This document shows positions 53,505 to 64,000 of a stretch of 64,000 nucleotides of DNA, piece by piece (the stretch's first letter is position 1; every line of letters begins with the position of its first letter). The stretch is from positions 22,455,267-22,519,266 of the forward strand of contig NC_068989.1 in assembly GCF_001194135.2 (NCBI RefSeq), in the 5' to 3' direction. The stretch comes from Octopus bimaculoides. Taxonomy: Eukaryota. The position numbers were made by a program, and so were the translations under genes. The notes under the pieces are model-generated. The model was not told where the DNA came from and did not search any database. It saw only the letters and a list, made by a program, of their open reading frames with translations.

Positions 53505-55857
53505 TTTGTTGCTTATTCCTCATCAGCCAACATCCAAGAGATCATTACAATATATATACATAAGGCAATCTCATATTTCATATAAATATCTATCATTAAT
53601 GTATATACTAACACCATATTATGAAAGAATACTGATGTAGAGTATACTATAAAAACTCTACATTGTGAGCCATATTGACATTAAACTTCTTCAGTAACAC
53701 ATAAATTGCAGTTTAATAAGAAAATAACATACAGTATAGCCTTACAAAAGACTTGTGAAATAGTATCAACAACATACAACCACTACAGCTGTCTGACTGA
53801 GAAGTGAAGAAGTATAAGCACAATGTTTAGTTGTTAATCATAAATGAGTATGACTTGGTAGCTTGTATTATGTTTTCACTAATTGATTTGGGTACCTGGG
53901 TAGATACAAATAGCAAGCATAGATTGTCTCTCAGCCCTCCTACCTTTGTCCCAATGGAACATCAAGGATGTGACAACTACAGGGAGAGAGATCTGTACCA
54001 GCAGTTGACTGGTACTTATTGTCAGCTGAGTAGCCATTAAGTAATGTGAAATGTAATGCCTTACTTAAAGACAAAACATCTTACCTGGTCTCAAACTGAA
54101 CCCCTCAGCCTACCAATCTAATCCATGCACTTTCACAGTATAGGCGTAACATACTTCATAAACATTACTCAATAAGTGACTTGTGAAATATCATACAAGT
54201 TACTGTTGTTGTTTAACCCCAGGCCAGTCCTGGTTGAGCAGGCCTGTAATCAAAGGTATTCGAGCTAAGATCACTCCAGCCATATTTGAAGAATAATGTA
54301 TCTAAAACACCGTTATTTTGAATATGCATGTTTTCTTTTGAAGATAGTAAGGATGTGATTTTGTTAATATTTGTAGCAAATTGAGTAATCACTATGAGAT
54401 ACTCTTTTTACATGCATGCAAACAACATAGTAATATTATAAGGTATTTAAACGATTGTAACTGCAATATAGCAATCTTTATATCTTACTTAACATGGATA
54501 TACTAATAGAAAGCCACAATTCTGCAGTATTCATCTAGAGAAGGCATCTTGTATAAATGTATAGTGCTAAAAGGCACAGAAATATCAGTAGCAGACAAAA
54601 ATGTCCAGTATTGGCAGAAAAATTGCTAGATCATGTGATTTTTGCATGTACGCTCATCCTCAGTACCAGCTATCCACTATTACCACATGCTTAGGCAAAT
54701 TTCCCCATATAGTGATATAGAGAAAAACATTGACTAATCAGTCACTGGTGTGACAAATAGCTGACAGATTGGACAAAAATTAATTATTAGCAAAAGAAGC
54801 AGTATTAGTACCAAAAAGCAATCTGAATATTTTACTTAATGTGGTTATACTAAGAGAAAGCCACAATATCAAGGTATTTGGCTGTGGCTTTCTGTTTGTA
54901 TATCCATCTGTAAGATATACAGATGCCTTTTTGGTACAAATACTGCTTCCATTACCAATAATGAAACTACAATATATTTTGCATTATATGGTGCAATATA
55001 TTGTACTATGTAGCACAATTCATTGAAACATATAGTACAATATATTGTTCAATAACATAGCTACAATAATTTGAAGCAGCAGTGGTGATATAGAAGTGAT
55101 TAATTAGAGTGGTGTGAGGATAAATAAAATATGTATGTGACATATTGGTAGAGTTTAATGAGACAGGTAAGGTTCGTGAATAACTAGTGAAATAATGGGA
55201 GGAGATGAAGTGAGGAGGAAGGGATGAAGGAAGCAAAAATGGAAGAAAAGAGAATAGAATGAAAAAGAATTTTAAAAAATGGCAGAGAATATACAGTGGG
55301 AGTGATGGCAGCAAAAATAAATGAATGAATAAATAAGCAAAACAAAAAGTAAGACATAAGAGAAATTTCCCTATTAACCAAAAATGAAATGGTCCATCTC
55401 GAAAGCTTTGATTTTTTTTGTTCCTGTGTCAGACAGATTTTTAGTGAAGTGACACTATTATTACTCCTTTGCTTTGCCTCTAGTGTTGACTATTTACAGC
55501 AGAATAGAATCAGTTGACAAGTAGAAAAAGAAAAACAAACTCAAAGGAACCTGGTGATTTTGTTTTTGTATTTCTTCTACCTTAGAGTGAACACCATCAT
55601 AGTAACCAAATTCTAATTAAAGAATTGGACACTCCTTGTGCAAAACAGTTGTGCAAAACAAGCTGTTCATTAGCAAGAATATATAACACGGAAAAAAATC
55701 ATCTCATAATATACATGAAATTATTATCATCTATTATAGGCACAAGCATGTCTGTCTGGTAAGAAGTTTGTTTCTCAAGTCCAGTCCCCCTATAAGGTAC
55801 CTTGGGTAAGTGTCTTCTACTATGGAAACTGAAAGAAGCTCATTGTGTGTGTGTGAG

Positions 55858-56170
55858 TATCATACAGACAAGAAACTAATTTTCCAAATGCAGTATAGCC
55901 ATGAAAACAGCAGAAACAGTGGGTATTTTACTCTTATATGACAGAAAAAGCTGACAGCAACAGCTAGTGTTAATTTGGCAGAAATTGTTGTCAAAGGGCA
56001 TTTTGCTTAATTGGTAGAGTATTCAGCTGGTATCTGGGAGGTGCAGGTTCACGTCCTGTGGAGGAAAAATACCCAATCTTTCTACTGTTTTCATGGCTAT
56101 AATGCATTCAAAATATTATTTTCTTGTCTGTATGATTCAATACACATTCGACACTTCCAAAAGCAAAAGA
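55858..56170. mobile_element. Inverted-repeat element with central tRNA-like sequence, homologous to 44575-44960
   Basis: atcatacagacaagaaa...atagccatgaaaacag versus ctgttttcatggctat...tttcttgtctgtatgat; centre ttaattggtagagtattcagctggtatctgggaggtgcaggttcacgtcctg. Confidence 0.6.
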
Positions 56171-56192
56171 AGTTTCTTTACATATGTTGTTG

Positions 56193-56284
<92 letters not shown>

Positions 56285-56820
56285 TCACCTTGATATTAGG
56301 TGATCACTGTAAATGAGTGTTTCCACCATGCAAGCAGTGTCCTTTGTTTCACGGAGAAATATTACCATGTTTGGAAACAGGTGAGGGCTAGCTGTAGAAA
56401 ATCCTACTCAACAAATTCCATCCAACCCATGCAGGTATGGGAAAGTAGATGTTAAAATGATAACAATAATGATAGTATATATATACATATAAATATACAT
56501 ACAAATATGTACATTACACTATATTAGAAATTTAACTATGTTCAAGTTTGATCTACCTTATTAAGAATTTTTCATATTTCCTTATTTATCTTTTATGGCT
56601 GGTTTGGAACAACAACATTCATTAATCCACGAGTCTGATATTTCGAGCTTTTTCACAATTTCATTTGCAAAATAAATTGTTGATATGTTGTCTGCACACT
56701 TTGCAGTGAGTTACAAAGGACTTGGGGATTTTGTAAATGACATTTTTAAAGTTTCAAACCATCAGATTAATCAGTTTAGGACTGTTAAAAAATATATGCA
56801 CAAAAATTCTTTAGTAAAAA

Positions 56821-57709
56821 CAGGATGTGATGGGTAAATTGTCGCCATTTAAAATTTTTAATTTTGTGTATGCGTATAGTTTGTCTTTGATTTCGTCAAC
56901 TACACAGTTTGGTAGGGTCAGTTGAGCACCATCTATGAGATAAAACAGCAACATGACACAATTCACTTTGCCAGAAATTTGCAAACAAGCTGTGCTGCTT
57001 GGCATTCACGCTGGAAGCTCCAATACAAATGGTGAACACACAGAACAACCACTGGCTTGTCATGTCCCCAAATGATGTACCAAGAGTGATAAAAATCAAA
57101 CACCCAGTTAACATCATGGTGTTTGGAGTGATCATTAGTGATGGCAATGTTATGCCTCCATCTTCCTACAGTCTCAGAATCAACACAGCGTCAGACTCTA
57201 CATCAAGTGCCTGGAGGAGGTAGTACTGCCCTGGGTCAAGAGGGTGGCTGCTGGAAGATCCTATGTCTGGCCACAGGACTCTGCACTATGCCACACAAGC
57301 AGGAGAACCCAGTTATGGCTGTCAGACAATTTTCTGTGATCACATCACCCCTAACATTTGGCCACCTAACTCTCCAAACTGCAACTTCCTTGATTATTAT
57401 TATGATGGGAGCGCAGTTGAGCAAAAGACCAACAAAACTCCTTGTAACACCAAAGATGAACTGAAGGCAAGACATTATTATGGCAGCATTCACCAACTTA
57501 AACAAGGATACAGTCCAGAAGAGTTGCAGGAGATTCCAAAGTCATCTGGAAGCTGTGGTTGAAACCAATGGCGATTTTATTGAATAAATTTACTCTTAGT
57601 ATTTCAAGATATTTTTATGTAATTTTGGTAAATATATCCGTTAAAATGAGATGTCAGTGTTATTTTCATTTTTGCGTAATTTAGACGACAGTTTATTCAC
57701 CGCAGCCTG
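56821..57709 (+). mobile_element. maT-family (DD37D) Tc1/mariner element with internal deletion
   Basis: TIRs caggatgtgatgggtaaattgtcg / cgacagtttattcaccgcagcctg|ta; peptides KHPVNIMVFGVIISDG, YVWPQDSALCHTSRRTQLWL, WPPNSPNCNFLDY, LEAVVETNGDFIE*; 37-residue spacing between the last two catalytic D positions. Confidence 0.92.
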
Positions 57710-57759
57710 TAGATCAAACTTCATAACAATTGTGTTTTTAATATTACAAAGGCGGTGAA

Positions 57760-57965
57760 CTTGCAGAATCATTAGCACACTAGGCAAAAAACTTAGCAGC
57801 ATTTCATTTGTCCTTATGTTCTGAGTTCAAATTCCACCAAGGTCAACTTTGCCTTTTATCTTTTCGGACTTGATAAAATATGTCTCAGTTGTACACTGAG
57901 GCTGATGTAATTGATGTATCCCTTCCCTGTAAATTGCTGGCCTTGAGCCAAAATTTGAAACCAAT
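57760..57965 (+). mobile_element. Family B SINE remnant; similar remnants at ~11700-11900, ~34180-34350 and ~48050-48220
   Basis: ggcggtgaacttgcagaatcattagc..gagttcaaattcc..gtcaactttgcctttt. Confidence 0.8.
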
Positions 57966-58419
57966 ATTACATGCCTGATAGGAAAGCTGTTCACTATTTA
58001 CACACACAAACATTTATATATTAGCAAAATTTAACACAGACAACAGATAAAATGTAGAGGACAAGATGGAAACATGGAAATCATTCCCTCTCATCAGCTG
58101 TTGACTGAAGAACAAAGCAATTTCAGCATGTTATCAAGAGGATTTCTTATCTCAGAATGCCTGGGAGAGGTATATTGTGGGAGGAAATGCTAATTTGAAA
58201 TTAAAGTGTCTACTTATTCCAAAGGCTTTCAAGGGCTCTATGCTAAATTTAATCAAATAAAAAGGCTTGGACGATATGAGTCGTTTTCAAGATCGGTTTA
58301 TAAACAGTTTTTCCATACTATAGAAAGACACAGTAATATATCCAACATAGCATTGCTTTGTAAATCAGTGGCTTTACAGGTTTTCCACCAGCAGAAAGTT
58401 TACAAGATCAGTAAGATAT

Positions 58420-58560
58420 TGTGACTGGCAAATTGTGTAAGATTTGAAGATGTCATAGAAGACAATATAGTCGAGTTGTTGGAGTCCCTTGGAGACACTT
58501 CAACTAATGAGGAACTGAAGGTCCTCATTACAAGAACAAGCTGCAAGAGAAGAAAAGGTT
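58420..58560 (+). mobile_element. Possible Tigger/pogo transposase C-terminal remnant
   Basis: FEDVIEDNIVELLESLGDTSTNEELKVL resembles Tigger1-type 'f.dv..ddveELLeSh.eeltnEdL.el'. Confidence 0.45.
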
Positions 58561-61477
58561 ATAAATCTCTCCTTACATCAACTCACTTGACAAAGAATGT
58601 GCTTAAAGTACAAGCAATTATAGGGAAAAGTCTATAAGTCTTTAATGACAACAATTGATGTATATTATACGCTTAGCCTCTAGACTAAACTGTACAATGT
58701 AATGGTGCACCAATAAATGTCAAACACCTTTGAATATGTTCTTCACCTCTCTAGTAGATGATGATGATGATCTACAAAGCAGAAAATAGTCCTCTGCTTC
58801 CTCCATGGAACTCCTAATGCACCACCATTTATCACAAAACAATATTCTTAATCAATGCAAGATTAATACTTGTATTCTTATTTATTTCCAAGTAATTCTT
58901 CTTCAACTTTTATTAATGAATAGACATTATACTGTAATGTGTGCATGTTAAAAATTTGATATTTTCATATATAAAAGTGGTTTTGTTGTTTTCTTTCCAC
59001 ACCTAAACTTCCACTCAGAAAATATTCCATGAGAATGCATCTTAATTCATAACATGGAAACCAATGGAAAAATAGGTTTTACATTACAGAATTCCATTAA
59101 GACAAGATTTTTCAGGAACACCGAATTTCATAGCATGGGGTATGTAATTCAAAAGCTAATGAAATATCTTGCTTCAAAGACAAAAAGAAAAGTGACCCTT
59201 TGTCTTAATCTACCAAATGACATTTTCTACGGGTTTTAGGTGGATTATGTAGTGATTAAGAATTTGCTGCCGTCTTTAAGACAGATTTATAGAGTGAATT
59301 TAATAGGAATTGGTCAATATTTAATTAGTGGTTTATAAAGTAGCTTCCAACTGATAGGAAATTAAAACAGTGTATAATAAACTAGGTGAATGTCAGACAT
59401 ACATAAAAGACTAAAATTCTAAGCATTATATATACCATCTCCATTTGCACAGCACACACACAAAAAAAAAAATATCCATCATAATAATCAAAACAAATAA
59501 ACTAAAAATTATTCATCTGAAAGACAATTCAAACATTTAGTCAAAATAATGAAAACATGTCAGTTATTTACAAACAGTTCTGTTAGTCTAGGCTTCCGAG
59601 CATTCTTCTATTATTACAAACTACAAAATTTTAAATATGAGAATGTCTATGAAGTCATTCTGCCTGCTAAACATAGCAGCCAGATCAATTGACTTAAATG
59701 AGAAAATATCCATTGGAAAAAGAACATACAACTGCATAGAAAGGCAAGAAAGTCGTGGACTAAAATACTTCTTACTTCAAGTTAAGAGACTTTCTGTTCC
59801 AAGAAGCTACACATACACTATACTGTTCAGGTAACATGTTCAATTACATTGCAATAATACCATTTTTAAGACCCAAGTCTCATTCAGCAGTGAACAGTAA
59901 GAAGAAACACCATCACATTAGAGAGAAAGGAATTGAAAAGGGATTAAAATTGTTATCTTTGATTTCTCTGTATTAGTATTTCATAACTATGCAAATTGTT
60001 GTTGTAACTTAGCATTAGCTCAGCTGTGATTAAGCTGTTCTATAACTATGAAAAAAGATGGTTTCAGCTATAACCATCCAGTCTTCTTTTTTTTGTTGAG
60101 CCCTAGTATAGATTTGAACAACAGCGCAAAATCTCATTTGGTTTCTGGTTGCTTTTGTAAAGTGATAGGAAGTGGTTTCAGGGAGATTTCTAACAAGTCG
60201 AGCGATTCCATAGAGGCTTTCTTGTTATGTTGACCTATATTATAAGATATGTTAGCTGAAAGGAGCCAACATGAATGAAACTATGCAAATGGCTTAATTG
60301 TCCAACTTTTAACTTCTCACCTACTTACAGCTGCTTCAACACTTAAAACATAACACCCTGGCTTTCACTCCTAGTTGTCAACCAAATTATGAACAAGAAA
60401 TGATGTTTGGTTTCTTTTGCTTTTAAACTTCAATGACTATGTTAAAATTACTATAATTTGCCAATATAGCATGTAACTGAAACCTGCAAGATTAGAATGA
60501 AACAAAATAAAAGTCAGCATCTCTCACATAGCTTTAATAGTAATCTATTTAATTATCCTTTTAGTTGCTTTTAAGAGTTGGTTTTTAAAACCAGATCAGA
60601 GCAACACCAATCTATATTAACTCTATTGTCAAAAATTTTAACCAACTGATCACATTGCAATTATTTCCCTTGTTGGTTGGTTGGAATTTAATTACTCCTA
60701 GAAGGATTTTTGGTCTCTTTATTGTTTAGACAATTTCAGTTTATCAATGTTTCTCAATTCGGTACATGACTTGTGAGATCTCCTGTATTTATATTGAATA
60801 TGTAGAACAGTATTTTCCTTCAAAACCATTCTACTCATATTCATACATAACATCACTTCATTTTCTCTATACCTGTGTGTGTGTTTTATATATAAGAAAT
60901 ATATATGTGGAATAAACTACCCACATTAATCGTTGGCTGTTGAAACACTACATCCTTCAAAACTTCCATGTTATATAAGAAACCTACCAGTATTTGTGGT
61001 ATATATACATGTTTGTATCCATTTTCTCTTTACTCAATGAAACAATTTTATTCTGCTTCTAGACTAACATTAAGATGAAGTCCTTTTCTATGTCTCATTC
61101 ACTAAGGTCTGCATATTTGAGTTTAAATTGAGGCAGTCAATAGTATAAACCTCATTTCCATCATCTTAGACTAAGAGTAACAAAACTTGCTGTCTTGCAA
61201 TTGCTAAAAGCTTTAACAGCCAAAATTCATAAAAACATATTTTAGGATTCAGAGTCGGAGTCTTGCTGGGACATCCTAGACTAGTGGGTCTAGGAAGAAG
61301 AAACTATAACTGATGGTTAACTGTTTACCACTACTTCAATCTTCAGAGGCCAATGTCTGCTAGTGGACAACCACCTTAGGTATTACTCACAGACCCAGTG
61401 TTCTTAATTTCTTTGGTGGCAGTCTTCCAATATAGAACCATCAGCCTGATGTATCTTTAACAAACATTGAACTACAA

Positions 61478-61719
61478 CAGTAGTTTTCAAACATTTTTTG
61501 CTTATGGACCCCTTTAATTCCAGTTTTACTCAGGCAACAGGGACCCTCATAGCCATTCAATGTCTAAAAACTTCTATTCTATCTTTATGAATAAATGTTG
61601 TTAGGGACCATATAAAAAAATATTTAGTGTATTGTAGAAATATAACCAGTTTATTGCACATAAAATTTAACAACTAAATCTTGTACAAAAGCCATATGGA
61701 CCCCAGTTGAGAACCACTA
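61478..61719. mobile_element. hAT-type MITE, same family as 11925-12127, opposite orientation
   Basis: cagtagttttcaaacattttttgcttatggacccctttaattcc ... atatggaccccagttgagaaccacta. Confidence 0.8.
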
Positions 61720-63164
61720 GACTATACAAAAGAATGTGAAGTAGGATACAAAGTCAATTTTATTACAAGCATCAAGACCAGGTCTCTGGTCTGAGGATAA
61801 CTCAGACCAGAGTCTGTAATGATGCTTTGCCTAATCCACCCAAAAGCTAGGCGATTGTGTAAAGTCTGGTGACATAAAATCTCTAGCCAAACTATTACAA
61901 AGATTTGCACCCAAGTGGGAATGAGAGAAGTAAAATGGCTAAATCACAAAACAAAGTCATCAGAGAACAAAAGTGATAAATTTGAAGCAAATTTAAATAG
62001 CATACCAGAGAATTTAGAAAAGTATTTTGTTTCTTTGGAAAACAAATAGTTGTGTGAAATTAATTTACATAGACATAATGAGCATTGAAATGATTTTTAT
62101 TACATTATGTATTAATTCTTCCATGGAAGAATTGACATAAAATTGGGCAAAGATGGTATGTAAAGATTAACACGTGCTGTGAAAAAGTTTTGTTATCATA
62201 CCAGAAATTGCGATGTGATAAACTAGTTAACAATGTAATTTTCATTTCATTATTTTATTTGAATTTTATTTATTTATTTTTTCTTATTTACAGACTTAAG
62301 CAGAATTTTAATATTTTATCTAAAGAAAAATAAAAATAAAATGAAAATATTTAAGCAATTCAGTGAATAAAAAAATAAATAAATATTTTCACAATCTAAT
62401 AATGAAATAAAAATGTAAAGAGGAGAGAAACAACATGTTTAATTGAAGATTGCAATAACAAACTTTAAATAAATTTAATATAGGGAGTCTTGACGTCACA
62501 GTAATGAAAACAATTTAGACAAACTAAATTTTAGCCATTTAAAAGAGTTGAATGTTAATCTTTTTATTAATTAAACACACAAAATATTCTACTTCTACTT
62601 AAATGAATATTTATACTCTAGATGAATACATTTAATAAAAATAGATTGGAAATAAAGGAGTAGAGCTGCTAATGGTTAACTTAACTCAAAGGTTCTATTA
62701 GAGAAGAATAAAATCACATGGAAGATTATTTAAATATTAGAAAGCCAAGCAATAAGAGAAATGTAAAAATGTAAACATATTCCTTCTATGCTTTTATTGT
62801 ACAGAAAAAAAGAGAGGGAGTCTCCTGATGGACCACTGTTAAATTAATGAGAAGCTGCTGAAAGCAAAAGCATGCAAATTAAGCTATCAGTTATGGTAGT
62901 GTCTAATTTCTGACTGCATTATATAACAGATGGATATTCCATGCTACTGAAGAGTGAAGGAAACCAGGTATGTCTTTCTTTGAAGAGCAATCAACAAACC
63001 TTGAAACAGTTCATCAAGAGACTCCCCCATTCTTTTTTTCCCTGTACATCAAAAGCATAGAAGGAATCTATTCATGTATTTACACTCTCATAATTTTCTC
63101 AAAGCTAGGCTTTCTAATATTTAATTTTAATTCAGTCCTTCTGGTTCAGGTAATATTATACATA

Positions 63165-64000
63165 TCTGTTCTTGGTCCCCTTTTGTTTGTTACATACATT
63201 AATGACATAAATGCCAACTTAAAGAATGCTACAGTGCTGAAATATGCAGATGACATCAAGCTTATACCTCGAGATAAAAAGGATAGGACCTGAACACCAT
63301 AGATCTTTCCTGCAATTGGACATGGACACAATGCAACAATGGATCGTGGACGGGCAACTCAAGCTGGCTGTGGACAAGTGTACCACCATGCATTTTAGGA
63401 GGAAAAACCCAGTGTCCACATACTCTCTCCACAACACTATTATCAAGAAGTCTTCTTGTGAACATAACCTGGGCGTCACTGTCAGCAGTGATTTGCGCTG
63501 GGCAAGACACATCTCGAAAATTGTCAAGAAGGTCGAGGGTGTCTTGACCTTTGTCAGCCACTCTCCAGCTATCTATTTAAGGTTGTATATGGCTATGGTG
63601 CGGCCACAATTGGAATTTGTATCATCAGTCTGGAACGTTTATCTTGCTCAGGACCTTGATCTCCTGGAAACTGTTCAGAGACGTGCAACCAAGCAAATAC
63701 TCTCAATAAGGCATCTACCATACTCTGAGTGCCTTGCTTCCCTGAGCATATATACACTGAAGCTCTGACGTCTGGCAACTAACTTGATAAACACCCAAAA
63801 AATTACTAACCATTGTGCCAACAACCACCTTGCGCAACTTTTTGAGCTCCATGTGTCTAACACACATGGGCATGCCTACAAAGTCAGAAAACAGCACAGC
63901 TCCCATTAGTTTAGGAAGCATTTTTCCACACTCAGAGTTGCTGAAGTATGGAACAAACTACCTGCATCAGTTGTTAGTTGCCGAGACATTGCATCCTTTA
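63165..64000 (+). mobile_element. CR1/L2-group LINE, 5'-truncated RT C-terminal part, disrupted
   Basis: SVLGPLLFVTYIND...LKYADDIKL (YADD), LKLAVDKC, LGVTVSSDLRW..HI, MVRPQLEFVSSVWN, LETVQRRATK, RKHFSTLRVAEVWNKLP; runs off the window end. Confidence 0.95.

Noticed and set aside
62790-62900. Possible CENP-B/pogo fragment (INEKLLKAKACKLSYQL)
   Set aside because: Too short and degenerate to support a call.

Overview
Eukaryotic, very AT-rich (roughly one third GC by eye) and microsatellite-dense DNA with four N gaps (5324-5658, 25715-25814, 40788-40803, 45533-46385). The SINE families (tRNA/CORE-like, Meta-domain and Ceph/RTE-like) point to an octopod genome (Octopus sp.); this is an inference from repeat recognition. 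The window reads as intronic or intergenic. It contains dozens of SINE copies and decayed Helitron, Penelope (GIY-YIG), RTE, CR1-group, mariner, maT (DD37D) and pogo/Tigger remnants, plus several hAT MITEs with 8-bp TSDs. No complete protein-coding gene can be read. One good minus-strand exon candidate (8916-9065) and several weaker ones suggest an unidentified host gene with long introns. Nearly all ORF-track entries are microsatellite or gap artefacts. The most unusual signal is a high density of fold-back structures: two mariner derivatives made of inverted like-ends, a 579-bp palindromic element, a ~190-bp hairpin, a Penelope-like inverted repeat with a hammerhead-like motif, and tRNA-like cores inside inverted repeats. 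There is also a SAP-domain ORF running into a gap. I found no convincing evidence of a new multi-gene system. Coordinates of decayed repeats are approximate.
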